The notes: a model not told the origin generated them from the sequence alone. Positions 1-13,358 are shown, numbered from the stretch's first letter. The stretch: 64,000 nucleotides of DNA from Candidatus Eiseniibacteriota bacterium (GCA_036274595.1 DASUFL010000147.1:26532-90531); one strand, 5' to 3'. A program made the numbers and translations.

Positions 1-1548
1 CTCTGCGACATCCGCTTCGACGACGGCACCTACCGGTCGCACCTCATGGTGCTTCGGGATGACGGCACGCCCGTCTTCGCCCGCGGCCTTCGGGGAAGCG
101 GCTACGACTTCAAGGCGCAACAAAACGGGAGGGTCACCTACTTCGACGCCGCTGCGGGCCGTTTCTACGCCATGAACGCGAACTTCGCGCTCGTGGACAG
201 CTTCGAGTGCGGGAACGGCTACGTGACCGACATCCACGAGCTGCAGCTCCTACCCAACGGGCATGCGCTCCTCATGGCCTACGACCCGCGCACGGTGGAC
301 CTGAGCGGCGTGGTTCCGGGAGGGAGCACGCAGGCGGTGGTGCTCGGGCTCATCGTTCAGGAGCTGGACCGACATCGGGACGTCGTGTTCCAGTGGCGCT
401 CGTGGGATCACTTCCAGATCACGGACTGCGTGAGCCGGCCCCTCACGGGGGCACGGGTGGACTATGTGCACGGGAACGCCATCGAGCGCGACGCTGACGG
501 CAACCTGCTCGTCTCGTCGCGCCATCTGGACGAGATCACGAAGATCGACCGCGCGACGGGTGAGATTCTCTGGAGGCTCGGCGGCGTCAACAACGAGTTC
601 ACGTTCACGAACGATCCCGGCCGCTTCTCGCAGCAGCACTCGATCCGCCGTCTCGCGAACGGGCACCTCCTCCTGTACGACAACGGGAACTATCACGTCC
701 CCGCGCTCTCCCGCGCCGTGGAGTACTCGGTGGACGAGGTGGCGAAGACCGCGACCGTCGTCTGGGAGTACCGGAATGTGCCGGACGTCTATAGTTCGGC
801 GATGGGCTCGGTCGAGCGGCTCGCGAACGGAAACACCGTGATCGGCTGGGGAAACACCAGCCCGGCGCTGACCGAGGTGACGCCCTCCGGGGCCGAGGTG
901 TTCGAGCTGGCGCTGCCGCCAGCCGTCTATTCGTACCGGGCCTTCCGCTCCGTGTGGCCCCCCGTGCTCCCGGCCTCGGTGGCCCTCCGATCCGGCGCCG
1001 TGGTCCACGCCTCCCAGGGGGGAACCGTCACGATCGACATCTCGGGCGAGGGGTTCGCACCCGATTCCATCATCCCGGAGAGTGTCCGGTTGGACGGAGT
1101 CCCAGCGGAAGGGTTCGTGCCTCCTGCGTTCCCCGGCGGCGCCGCCACATTCCGTTTTCCCGCCGACCCCCTCCTCGCGAGCCACGCCCCTGGGCAGAGC
1201 GCGCTCGCATTCGCCGGTTCCTTGGTGAGCGGAGAGCGGATCCATGGTGTCGTGGACGTGACGATCGAGGGATCGCGCAGGGTCGGCGCGCGCATGGCGT
1301 CGGCGATCGGATCCGTTCCGATCCGGCTCGCGCTCCGCGCGACGGCGTCGCCGCGCACGGTGCGCCTGGCCGCCTACGACATTCGCGGACGCCGCGTCGC
1401 GGAGTGGACGGCGGATGTGGACGCCTCGGGTATCGTGTCCTGGGACGGCCGCGGGCCCGACCGGGCTCCGCTGCCGTCCGGGATCTACTATGTCCGGACC
1501 GAGGGCGCCGCCCTGACGGAGACGGCCAAGGTCATACTCGCTCGGTGA
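1..1548 (+). CDS. Arylsulfotransferase (ASST)-like beta-propeller protein, 5'-partial (the ORF continues upstream of the window), ending in a T9SS/Por-type C-terminal sorting domain
   Basis: The reading frame is open from position 1 (LCDIRFDDGTYRSHLMVLRDDG...). Residues such as LLPNGHALLMAY, VDYVHGNAIERDADGNLLVSSR, NGHLLLYDNGNYH and WEY resemble the ASST family. The last ~80 aa (RTVRLAAYDIRGRRVAEW...SGIYYVRTEGAALTETAKVILAR) match the FlgD-Ig/T9SS type-A sorting-domain pattern (SGxYFxR...K-hydrophobic-hydrophobic-x-x). Confidence 0.6.
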   Translation, partial: LCDIRFDDGTYRSHLMVLRDDGTPVFARGLRGSGYDFKAQQNGRVTYFDAAAGRFYAMNANFALVDSFECGNGYVTDIHELQLLPNGHALLMAYDPRTVDLSGVVPGGSTQAVVLGLIVQELDRHRDVVFQWRSWDHFQITDCVSRPLTGARVDYVHGNAIERDADGNLLVSSRHLDEITKIDRATGEILWRLGGVNNEFTFTNDPGRFSQQHSIRRLANGHLLLYDNGNYHVPALSRAVEYSVDEVAKTATVVWEYRNVPDVYSSAMGSVERLANGNTVIGWGNTSPALTEVTPSGAEVFELALPPAVYSYRAFRSVWPPVLPASVALRSGAVVHASQGGTVTIDISGEGFAPDSIIPESVRLDGVPAEGFVPPAFPGGAATFRFPADPLLASHAPGQSALAFAGSLVSGERIHGVVDVTIEGSRRVGARMASAIGSVPIRLALRATASPRTVRLAAYDIRGRRVAEWTADVDASGIVSWDGRGPDRAPLPSGIYYVRTEGAALTETAKVILAR

Positions 1549-1591
1549 TCCCTGGCTGCCTGGCGTCTCTTCGCCGAAACCCGATTCCGAC

Positions 1592-2989
1592 ATGCAGCTG
1601 ATCTTGCTGATCGCCGAGTCGCTTCTTCTGTTGGCCGGGCTCTTGACGGGCCACCTCTGGGCCGCTGTGGGGATCGGCGCCGGGCTCGTCTACCTCTTGA
1701 TCTCCCTCCAAAATCCGGAGCTTGCCTGGGCTCTGGTATGGCTCGCCTTCCCCTTTTCGATCGAGACGCTCTTTCCAGGGGGGATCGCCCTGCACGTACC
1801 GACCGAGCCGATGATCCTGATCGCGCTCCTGGCGTGGGGGGCACGTGCGCTGGCCGGCCAACCCGTGATGCGCTTTCCGACCTCCGAGCTGAACCTGCCG
1901 CTCGCCGCGCTCGGAGTGGCCGCGCTCCTGTCGGCGCTCCTCGGATTGGAGCCGCTCGTCGGGATCAAGGCGTGGCTCGCGATCGCGATCTACGTCGTAT
2001 TCGGGTACGCCTTCCGTCTATCTGCCTGGAACGGTCCATCCAGGATCGACCGCTTCGTGCCCTGGATCGTCGGCTCGGCGGCGCTCTGGGGACTCTACGG
2101 AACGCTGCACGTCGTTGCGGCGGGAGTGTCGCTCAGGGTGGCGTACGGCGCGGCCCGTCCATTCTTCGTCGAGCACGGCGTCTACGCGGCGTATCTGGCT
2201 ATGATCCTGCCGATGTCGGTCGTGTACGCGATGGAGCGCCGCGGGCGCGCCGGAGTGCTGTACGGGGCCGCTTCGATCGCGATCGCACTCGGAATCGTCT
2301 TCTCGCTCACGCGAGCCGCGTGGGTCTCGCTCGCGATCGTGCTCCCGCCCACCCTGTTCCTGTGGGGAGGCTGGAGACGGATCCTGACTCCTCTCGTGCC
2401 GGCGGCGGTCCTGGCGCTTGCCCTGGCGCTCGTGGTTCCGGCCACCCGATCCGAGCAATCGCTCGGGCGACATGTGGAGTCGATCGGCAATGCGAGCGAC
2501 CCCTCGAACCTGGAGCGCTTGAACCGCTGGATCGCGGCCGTGGGGATGGCGAAGGACCATCCGCTGCTCGGCGTGGGCGTGGGGGCCTACCCGGACGCCT
2601 ACCACCTGTACCGTCGGAAGATCTTCTTCACCGAGCTCGTCTACCAGCGCATGGGCGCCCACTCGGAGGCGTTTCGCCTGCTCGCCGAGATGGGGCTGAT
2701 CGGCGCTCTGGCGGCGTGCTGGCTTCTCCTGGCGACGTTTCGCACGGGCATGAAAGCCTTTTTCGCCACGCGCGATACCGCGACCCGTGCGGTGACGCTC
2801 TCGGTGCTCGCTGGCCTCGCGACCTTTTGCCTTCACGGACTCTTCCGCACGTACTTCGATCTTGAGAAGGTGGCCGTACCTTTCTGGGCGGGGCTTGGGG
2901 TCATCGCGGCAGCAGGCTCGGCGCACCGGACCGGAAACCCGCGGAGTCCCCGTTCCACGCTCGGAGTTGCCCCGGAGCGAACGGCGTGA
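1592..2989 (+). CDS. O-antigen ligase / Wzy-like polymerase family membrane protein
   Basis: 465 aa polytopic membrane protein with Wzy_C-like segments (RAAWVSLAIVL, LGVGVGAY). It sits 44 nt downstream of the ASST-like gene. Confidence 0.55.
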   Translation: MQLILLIAESLLLLAGLLTGHLWAAVGIGAGLVYLLISLQNPELAWALVWLAFPFSIETLFPGGIALHVPTEPMILIALLAWGARALAGQPVMRFPTSELNLPLAALGVAALLSALLGLEPLVGIKAWLAIAIYVVFGYAFRLSAWNGPSRIDRFVPWIVGSAALWGLYGTLHVVAAGVSLRVAYGAARPFFVEHGVYAAYLAMILPMSVVYAMERRGRAGVLYGAASIAIALGIVFSLTRAAWVSLAIVLPPTLFLWGGWRRILTPLVPAAVLALALALVVPATRSEQSLGRHVESIGNASDPSNLERLNRWIAAVGMAKDHPLLGVGVGAYPDAYHLYRRKIFFTELVYQRMGAHSEAFRLLAEMGLIGALAACWLLLATFRTGMKAFFATRDTATRAVTLSVLAGLATFCLHGLFRTYFDLEKVAVPFWAGLGVIAAAGSAHRTGNPRSPRSTLGVAPERTA

Positions 2990-3522
2990 GCGTGATGAAC
3001 GGGATCCCGGACATCCTCGACCTCGGCTGCGGTCAGACCAAGCATTCGGGTGCGTTCGGGGTGGACCGCGATCCTGGCGTGCGCCCCGATCTGGTTCACG
3101 ATCTGGACCGCCACCCCTTCCCGCTGCCCTCTGACCACTTTCAAACGGTCTACTGCCAGGACGTGATCGAGCACATCGAGGACATCGGGGCGTTCTTGGC
3201 CGAAATCCACCGTGTGTGTCGGAAGGGGGCGCGCATCCACATCCGCACGCCGCACTACTCGAGCTGGCACGCGTACAACGATCCAACCCACCGGCACGCA
3301 CTCGGCGTCTTCGCGCTCGACAGGTTCACGGACACGCCAGGATGGAACACGCGCTCCTCACCGCTCTTTCGTCGCCTGTCGCGGCGGATCCTCTTTCCGC
3401 GCGCCTACCGTCTCCTGGGCGTAGCTCGCCTGGCGAATGCGTTTCCATCCCGCTGGGAGCAGATGTTCGCCTGGTGCTTCCCGGCGGAAAACCTCATGTT
3501 CGAGCTCGAGGTGTTGAAATAG
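2986..3522 (+). CDS. Class I SAM-dependent methyltransferase
   Basis: GTG start overlaps the upstream TGA (GTGA). The glycine-rich SAM motif is ILDLGCGQTKHS, followed by an acidic loop (QDVIEH) and the typical methyltransf_11 layout. Confidence 0.6.
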   Translation: MSVMNGIPDILDLGCGQTKHSGAFGVDRDPGVRPDLVHDLDRHPFPLPSDHFQTVYCQDVIEHIEDIGAFLAEIHRVCRKGARIHIRTPHYSSWHAYNDPTHRHALGVFALDRFTDTPGWNTRSSPLFRRLSRRILFPRAYRLLGVARLANAFPSRWEQMFAWCFPAENLMFELEVLK

Positions 3523-3524
3523 GC

Positions 3525-4730
3525 ATGAGCCGTCGCGTGCCGGACGCCCCAATCCGGGTGCTCGCCGTCGACCATACCGCCGGCGTGCTGCCGTTCCGGA
3601 GGAAGTTCGCCGCGCTCGCCGCACTACCCGACATCGACTTGACGGTGCTTGCCCCGGACCGGTGGGTCGAGAACTACAGGCTGGTGCGTGCCGCCCCGAC
3701 CTCGGAGGCCGGCTACAAATTCGAGGTCGGCCGCGTCGTGTGGCCGGGCTACGAGAACCGGGGATTCTTCATTGGAGGGCTGGCCGGCGCCATTCGACGC
3801 GCGCGGCCCGACATCCTCCACCTCTGGGAAGAGCCGTTCAGTTTCATCGCCCTGGAGGCGCTCCTCCTTCGGCGTTCGATCGCTCCCCGCGCCAAGGCGC
3901 TGTTCTTCTCCTCGGACAATATGACGCGCGACGGCCGCTATGCGTACCGGCCGTCGCGTCTCTATGCCGCGATCGAGCGGTGGGTTCACGGGGAGTGCGA
4001 CATCGGTACAGCCGTGAGCGACGAGGTTGTGGACGTGCTGCGAGCCAAGGGCTATCGAAAGCCGATCGACGTCGTCCCGCACGGTATCGACCTGGAGGAT
4101 TACCCGGAACCGACGCGCGAGCGACGCGCGGCTGCGCGGGCTCGGATCGGGGTCGAAGGTGTCGTGGTCGGCTATGCGGGGCGGCTCCTCGCGATGAAGG
4201 GAGTGGATGTGCTGCTTCGGGCGGCCGCGGTTCTGGCGAATTCGAAGGTGGCGGCTACCGGCTTCACGGTCGTCATCGTCGGCGACGGGCCGGAGCGGGC
4301 CACCCTCGAATCCTTGGCGCGAGAGCTGGGGCTCGCCGATCGGATCCTGTTCCGTCCCGCGGTGCCCCACGAGTCGATGCCCGAGGTCTTCGCCGCGTTC
4401 GACATGGCCGTCATTCCCTCCCTGACGACGCGGACCTGGAAGGAACAGTTCGGCCGCGTCGCGGTGGAGGCCATGGCCGCTGGCTCCGTGCCCGTGGTTT
4501 CGGACAGCGGCGCCCTGCCTTCGGTGGTCGGAGACGCCGGGATCGTGACACCCGAAGGAGATCCCGCAGCCCTCGCAGCCGCGCTCGAGCGGCTCCTGTC
4601 ATCTCAGGGCAGGGAATCCTTTGCGCTTCGCGGCCGAGAGCGGGTCCGTGCGCGGTTCACATGGAGCGCGATCGCCGCGGCGCTCGCGGTACGCTACCGA
4701 GGGATGCTGTGCGGGCCAGCCGGGACCTGA
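3525..4730 (+). CDS. Glycosyltransferase family 4 (GT-B fold)
   Basis: ATG at 3525 lies 2 nt after the upstream TAG. The N-terminus IRVLAVDH and the C-terminal EQFGRVAVEAMAAGSVPVVSDSGALPSVVGD (E-x7-E region) are typical of GT4. The 3216 start in the ORF track reads through the previous gene in the same frame and is rejected. Confidence 0.7.
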   Translation: MSRRVPDAPIRVLAVDHTAGVLPFRRKFAALAALPDIDLTVLAPDRWVENYRLVRAAPTSEAGYKFEVGRVVWPGYENRGFFIGGLAGAIRRARPDILHLWEEPFSFIALEALLLRRSIAPRAKALFFSSDNMTRDGRYAYRPSRLYAAIERWVHGECDIGTAVSDEVVDVLRAKGYRKPIDVVPHGIDLEDYPEPTRERRAAARARIGVEGVVVGYAGRLLAMKGVDVLLRAAAVLANSKVAATGFTVVIVGDGPERATLESLARELGLADRILFRPAVPHESMPEVFAAFDMAVIPSLTTRTWKEQFGRVAVEAMAAGSVPVVSDSGALPSVVGDAGIVTPEGDPAALAAALERLLSSQGRESFALRGRERVRARFTWSAIAAALAVRYRGMLCGPAGT

Positions 4731-4899
4731 CAGCAGGGGTGCTCGGGCCTACGAGCTCCAGTACCTGCCCGAGGACCTCATGTTCGAGCCGGGCCCAGCC
4801 TAGGCAATGCTTCCGGACGGAAGAAACAATTAGCTGTCCGGCGTATGATTGGCGAGGGATCACCGCGTGGTAAGGGTCGCAACCGTGTTGCAATAGGTC

Positions 4900-5799
4900 A
4901 TGAAGATCAACCAAACAGATTACGTGTTGGAAATTGGCAGCGGCAATAATCCCCGGCCGAGGTCGGACATCCTGTGTGACCGGTGGATCGAAGATGACAT
5001 GGAGCGCGGCGGGAACATTGTGCGGGACCGCCCGATCATCGAGGCCGATGCGCAGGACCTTCCATTCCGAGACTCAGCCTTCGACTACGTTATCTGCGCC
5101 CAGGTTCTGGAGCACGTCGATGACCCAGAGCGGATGATACGTGAATTGATGCGCGTTGCTTCGCGGGGGTATATCGAGACCCCAACCGAAGTGGCCGAGT
5201 GGCTCTACGGATGGCCCTTCCATCGCTCAGTGGTCAACCTGCTGGACGGGAAGCTTGTCATCCGGAGGAAAGACTTCACTCCACCCTTCGGTGAGCTGTT
5301 CCACGTCCTGAGCGAGCGCGACCAGACCTTCCGGAGATTTCATCTGACCCACAATCGCTTGCTCATGGTTCAGTACGAATGGGAGGGTCGGATCGACTAC
5401 GAGATCCTTCCCTCCGGAACATCGGCGCTCGACCTGCGGTCGCCCGAAGTGGTGGAACGGCTTGTTCGTGACATCGCGGGTGCTTCCTTGAAGGATAGGT
5501 GGATGCCTGCCTTGAAGAGCCTGATCCCGCGCTCGGTGGCGGCTTGGGGAAAGAGCTCCCTGGCCCGCGCGAGACCGAGACAGAGAAGGGATCTCCGAGA
5601 CATCATTGTCTGTCCCCGTTGCAAGGGTCCCGTGGTGTGGGAGTCACAGCAGATCTCCTGTTCGCGATGCTCCATCGAGTATCCGATCACGAGGGGTATT
5701 CCGAGGCTGTCGTTCCAAGAATCGCCGACGGACACGGCAACCGCCGGAAAGTGGGCGGTTCCGCACTGGATTCCGGTTGGGGGAAGAGAGCGAGACTAG
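4900..5799 (+). CDS. SAM-dependent methyltransferase with a C-terminal Trm112-like zinc ribbon
   Basis: SAM motif VLEIGSGNN, acidic DAQDLPF and VICAQVLEHV. The C-terminus CPRCKGPVVWESQQISCSRCSIEYPITRGIPRL is a CxxC...CxxC Trm112p/DUF343-type ribbon. The gene and the 160 nt upstream are visibly lower in GC than the flanks. Confidence 0.6.
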   Translation: MKINQTDYVLEIGSGNNPRPRSDILCDRWIEDDMERGGNIVRDRPIIEADAQDLPFRDSAFDYVICAQVLEHVDDPERMIRELMRVASRGYIETPTEVAEWLYGWPFHRSVVNLLDGKLVIRRKDFTPPFGELFHVLSERDQTFRRFHLTHNRLLMVQYEWEGRIDYEILPSGTSALDLRSPEVVERLVRDIAGASLKDRWMPALKSLIPRSVAAWGKSSLARARPRQRRDLRDIIVCPRCKGPVVWESQQISCSRCSIEYPITRGIPRLSFQESPTDTATAGKWAVPHWIPVGGRERD

Positions 5800-6794
5800 G
5801 CCGCCCTCCGCGCGATCGCTCTCGCGCGAAGCCACCCTCGTGCCTCAGCCACCACGAGCACGAGCGGCACCACCGGCAGAACGAGCAACCGAGGCGGGGA
5901 GAAGCCCCACTTCGCCCACACCGCGACGAGCGTCAGGCCCGCGATCACCAGGAACCACGCCATGATGCCTTCTTCCCCCGCGATCACGGCAATAATGGCG
6001 GCCAGAAGAGCGAGAACGTAGGCGTGGCAGGCGCGAACGAAGGGGCGGCGGAAGCGGAACGGGCCGGCCCGGGCCACTTCGATCCGGTCGTGAAAGCGAT
6101 CCGGGTGTCTCTGCTGAAGGAGCGCGTCCATCTCGTAGCGCCGGGCCCACAGGATCGGGTCGAGGAACCGCGGATGCTCGACCGGATGGACGACGCGCGC
6201 CGTCGGCTCACGGCCGCTGCGCGCCCCGGCGTCTTCCAGCGTGAATCCGAAGTCCGAATCCTCGCGGAAATAGATCCCGCCGCGAAAGAACCCCTCGCAG
6301 TAGCCGCCGACCCGCTCGAACAGCGGCCGCCGGACGAAGAGGTTGGTCGGTAGGTAGTGGAGCCGGGCGCCGTCGGGTCGTCGCGACGGGCGCCCCGACG
6401 GATCGACCGTCGCGCCTTCGAGCACGTCGAGGTCGGGCTCGCGATCGAAACGGGCCGCGGCCCGCGCGAGCCAGTCGGAGTCGGGAGCGCAATCATCCTC
6501 GGTGAAGGCGAGCACGTCGCCGGTCGCGCTCCGCGCGCCTCGATTCCGCGCCGCACCGGGACCCTGCCGGGCGGGACTCCTGACCGCGGTCGCCCGCATC
6601 GAATCGATCCGCTGCGCGATCGCGGGGGTAGGCTCGGCACCGTCGAACGAGACGATGAGATCCCATCGCGAACGGTCGAGGGTCTGCGCCGCGAGGGCGT
6701 CGAGAAGCGCGTTCAGGCTGGTGTCGCGCCCCAACGTCGGGACGACGACGGTGAAGCGGAGGGTTGGGACCGAGCCGGCTACTTCCGGCGCCAC
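5796..6794 (-). CDS. Glycosyltransferase family 2
   Basis: TLRFTVVVPTLGRD...FDGAEP...FTEDDCAPD fits the GT2 layout (DxD-like D-A-E, then TEDD). The proposed GTG start at 6794 is 14 nt downstream of the fcl stop. The ORF extends to 6962, but the upstream part overlaps fcl. Confidence 0.6.
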   Translation of the reverse strand: MAPEVAGSVPTLRFTVVVPTLGRDTSLNALLDALAAQTLDRSRWDLIVSFDGAEPTPAIAQRIDSMRATAVRSPARQGPGAARNRGARSATGDVLAFTEDDCAPDSDWLARAAARFDREPDLDVLEGATVDPSGRPSRRPDGARLHYLPTNLFVRRPLFERVGGYCEGFFRGGIYFREDSDFGFTLEDAGARSGREPTARVVHPVEHPRFLDPILWARRYEMDALLQQRHPDRFHDRIEVARAGPFRFRRPFVRACHAYVLALLAAIIAVIAGEEGIMAWFLVIAGLTLVAVWAKWGFSPPRLLVLPVVPLVLVVAEARGWLRARAIARRAA

Positions 6795-6807
6795 ATGCCC
6801 CCGGCGG

Positions 6808-10207
<3,400 letters not shown>

Positions 10208-10211
<4 letters not shown>

Positions 10212-11341
10212 ACGAGTACGCTCTCTTTTTCCTGTCGGCCGCCGTGTCCCTCGTGGTGAACGCGCTCGGCCGCCTGCGTGGGCGCTCCGCCCCGAGCCGC
10301 ATCCTCGTCGTGAAGCTGGACCATCTCGGGGACGTCATCCTCGCGACTCCGGCCATCCGCGCGCTTCACGAGCGCTACCCCAAGGCCGCGATCGACGTGC
10401 TCGTCCATCCCGGGGCGACGGCCGCGGTCGCGCATCATCCCGGCGTCCACCGTGTCCTCGCGTACCGCTCGCCGCGGTTCTCACGCGATGGGGGGGCCGA
10501 CGATTCGTCGCGCCTCCGCGAAATCGCTCGGACGCGGTACGACACCATCGTGGAGCTGCGCGGCGACGGGCGGACGCTCCTCCTCCCGTTTCGGACCGGC
10601 GCCCGTCGGCGCGTGGATCGAGGAACGGTGCGACTCCGGAACAAGGCCTGGCGCGTCCTCGGGCGCGCGCCGGTGCTCCACGAGGTGGAGACCAACCTCG
10701 AGATCGTGCGGCCGCTCGTGGGCATGCCGGCGGCTCGTCCCCGGGTCGAAGTGGATCCTGGGTCCGAGGCGCGCGCCTCGCTGACCCGGGCGCTCGAGGA
10801 GCGCGCCGTTCCGGCCGGCGCGCGCTTCGTCGTGCTCCACCCGGGGGCCGCGTGGCGTCCGCGCGCGTGGCGTCCCGAGCGGTTCGGGGCGGTTGCCGAC
10901 TGGATTCTCGGCCACTATGATGCCCAGGTCGTGCTCGTCGGCTCCGAGGACGAGCGGGATGTCGAGGACCTTGTGCGGCGCTCGATGCGGGAGGACCGGG
11001 CTCTGGCGATGACCGGCTCGCTGACGCTCGAGGAGTTGACGGCGCTGCTCGGTCGATCGGCCCTCTTCATCGGGAACGACAGCGGCCCCGCCCACCTGGC
11101 GGCCGCCTGCGGCGTTCCGTCCATCGTGCTCTTCGGACCTCAGGACCCGCGCCGCTTCGGTCCGTGGTCGGAGCGCACCCAGGTGCTGCACCATCCGGTC
11201 GCGTGCTTTCCGTGCCGCCAGACCGTGTGCGTGATGGCCGAGGATCCCTGCGTGAACCGGAACGAAGTCGCCGACGTGATCGCTCGAGCTCGTGAAGTCC
11301 TGGGGCCGCCCGAGCGCGTCCAGGCCGCGGCGCGAGGCTGA
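10208..11341 (+). CDS. Glycosyltransferase family 9 (heptosyltransferase-like)
   Basis: The ATG overlaps the upstream stop (ATGA). ILVVKLDHLGDVILATPAIRAL and FIGNDSGPAHLAAACGVPSIVLFG are RfaF/WaaC-family signatures. Confidence 0.7.
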
Positions 11342-11343
11342 CC

Positions 11344-12741
11344 ATGTTCGCCCGGCACCGCCAGCTCCTCCAGATCGGCGTCTTCTTCCTCGACGCGCTC
11401 CTGATCTTCGCGGCGTGGTGCGCCGCGTACTGGCTCCGCTTCCACGTGCTCCATATCCCGGCGCCGCGCGGAGTGCCTCCGATCGAGCGCTACCTCTGGA
11501 TCGGGGCCGTCCTCACGCCGTTCGGGCTCTTGATCCTGCGCTCCTTCCGTCTCTACCGCTCGGCGCGCACCGCGCGGCTCTCGCAGGAGCTCTGGACGCT
11601 CGTGCAGGGAGTGGCGATCCTCGCGGCCGTCGCCGCGCTCGCGTCCTACTCGTTCCGCGGGGAGGTCGCGCGCTCGGTGCTCCTGATCTTCGCGCTCCTG
11701 GCGGCGCTCTTCCTGACGGCCGCGCACGCTGCGATCCGGCTCGCGCTCCGCGCCGCGCGGCGGAGCGGCCACAACCTGCGCCACGTGCTCCTCGTGGGCA
11801 CGGGCGATCTCGCCGAGCGCGTCGGGCGGAAGATGATCGCGGAGGCGGACTACGGCCTCCACGTGATCGGGATGGTCTCCGCGGACGCCACGGAGGTCGG
11901 GAATCACGTCGGGCCCTTCCAGGTGGTGGGCTGCGTCGCGGATCTGCCGGGGCTCGTCACCGAGTCCGGGGCGGAGCTCGTGTACGTGGCGTTCCCGCGC
12001 GCGGACCACGAGGCCGAGCAGGACGCGCTCGAGCGGCTCGGCGACTCGACGGCCGCCGTCCGCCTCGTCCCCGACCTCAACCGTAGGCACACGCTGAACG
12101 CGAGCGTCGAGGATTTCGACGGCACGCCGGTCGTGCTCGTGACCGAGACGCCGGAGCAGGGATGGAACTCGGTCCTCAAGCGCGCGTTCGATCTCGCCGT
12201 CTCGGCTATGTCCCTGGTCCTCTTGTCGCCGCTCCTTCTCGCGATCGCGCTCTGGGTGAAGCTCGACTCGCCCGGGCCGGCGCTCTACGCGCAGGAGCGC
12301 GTGGGCTCGAACGGACGCCGTTTCCGCATGCTCAAGTTCCGCACCATGCGGACGGACGCGGAGGCCTTGGGGCCGCAGTGGAGCCGCGCGGAGGATCCGC
12401 GCCGGACGCGGGCGGGCGGGATCCTCCGCCGCCTCTCGCTCGACGAGCTGCCGCAGCTCTGGAACGTCTTCGTGGGGCACATGAGCCTCGTCGGCCCGCG
12501 CCCCGAGCAGCCGGTCTTCGTCGACCGGTTCCGCGCATCGATTCCGCGCTACATGCTCCGCCACCACGTGAAGTCGGGCATCACCGGCTGGGCGCAGGTG
12601 AACGGCCTCCGCGGCGACACGCCGCTCGAGCGGCGGATCGAGTACGACCTCTACTACATCGAGAACTGGTCGATGAGCTTCGACATGAAGATCCTCGCCC
12701 TCACCGTCGTTCGCATCTTCCGCGACCCGAGCGCGAACTAG
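11344..12741 (+). CDS. Undecaprenyl-phosphate hexose-1-phosphate transferase (WbaP/WcaJ/EpsB-type polyprenyl glycosylphosphotransferase)
   Basis: N-terminal TM helices, and a C-terminal catalytic domain with KFRTM, LDELPQLWNVFVGHMSLVGPRP and GITGWAQVNG (bacterial sugar transferase family). Confidence 0.8.
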   Translation: MFARHRQLLQIGVFFLDALLIFAAWCAAYWLRFHVLHIPAPRGVPPIERYLWIGAVLTPFGLLILRSFRLYRSARTARLSQELWTLVQGVAILAAVAALASYSFRGEVARSVLLIFALLAALFLTAAHAAIRLALRAARRSGHNLRHVLLVGTGDLAERVGRKMIAEADYGLHVIGMVSADATEVGNHVGPFQVVGCVADLPGLVTESGAELVYVAFPRADHEAEQDALERLGDSTAAVRLVPDLNRRHTLNASVEDFDGTPVVLVTETPEQGWNSVLKRAFDLAVSAMSLVLLSPLLLAIALWVKLDSPGPALYAQERVGSNGRRFRMLKFRTMRTDAEALGPQWSRAEDPRRTRAGGILRRLSLDELPQLWNVFVGHMSLVGPRPEQPVFVDRFRASIPRYMLRHHVKSGITGWAQVNGLRGDTPLERRIEYDLYYIENWSMSFDMKILALTVVRIFRDPSAN

Positions 12742-12752
12742 GAGGCTTCGGC

Positions 12753-13358
12753 ATGGCGTTACGGCTCCACGTGGGCTGCGGCACCGTGTACCTGGAGGGA
12801 TACGTGAACCTGGACGTCGAGGTGCCGGGCTACTCCTTCCTCGCGGCCGAGCGGCCCGATCTCGCCGATCGAAACCGCACGACGGTCGACCGCTATTACA
12901 AGAAGGAGGAGTCGCAGGCGACGCTCGAGCACGGGCCGGGCGAGGTCCAGTTCTGCGTGGTGGACCGCTTCGCCGATCTTCGCGCGCTTCCGTACGCCTC
13001 CGATTCGGCCGACGAGATTCGAACCGTGCAGGTGCTCGAGCACCTCGACATGCGGGAAGCGCCGCGCGTGCTGCGCCACTGGTACGAAATCCTGCGCCCA
13101 GGCGGAATGCTCCACGTGGACGTCCCCGATTTCGAGGAGACCGCGCGCCAGCTCCTCGCGCAGCCGGACGAGCCGTCCAAGGACTGGTACTACCGGCTCG
13201 TCTACGGCAGCCAGAAGAACGCGTACGCGTTCCACAAGAACGGCTTCAGCCCGGCGCGCCTCGAGCGGCTCCTGCGCGAGGCCGGCTTCCGCGAGGTGCG
13301 TCCGGTCCCGAACCGGATCCACTTCTACCCGGTGGCGATCGCCGAAGCGATCAAGTAG
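12753..13358 (+). CDS. SAM-dependent methyltransferase (methyltransf_11/23-like)
   Basis: ATG at 12753 is preceded by AGGAGG at 12740-12745. RLHVGCGTVYLEGYVNLD and IRTVQVLEHL are the SAM and post-I motifs. The upstream 591 nt of the ORF in the track overlaps the WbaP-like gene out of frame and is rejected. Confidence 0.7.
   Translation: MALRLHVGCGTVYLEGYVNLDVEVPGYSFLAAERPDLADRNRTTVDRYYKKEESQATLEHGPGEVQFCVVDRFADLRALPYASDSADEIRTVQVLEHLDMREAPRVLRHWYEILRPGGMLHVDVPDFEETARQLLAQPDEPSKDWYYRLVYGSQKNAYAFHKNGFSPARLERLLREAGFREVRPVPNRIHFYPVAIAEAIK

Noticed and set aside
250-1593. 447 aa minus-strand ORF antisense to the ASST-like gene
   Set aside because: Arg/Gly/Pro-rich low-complexity translation typical of GC-rich antisense frames; fully overlaps a gene with clear family signatures.
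2018-3301. 427 aa minus-strand ORF overlapping the O-antigen ligase and methyltransferase
   Set aside because: Antisense to two well-supported genes; composition dominated by R/G/P/A.
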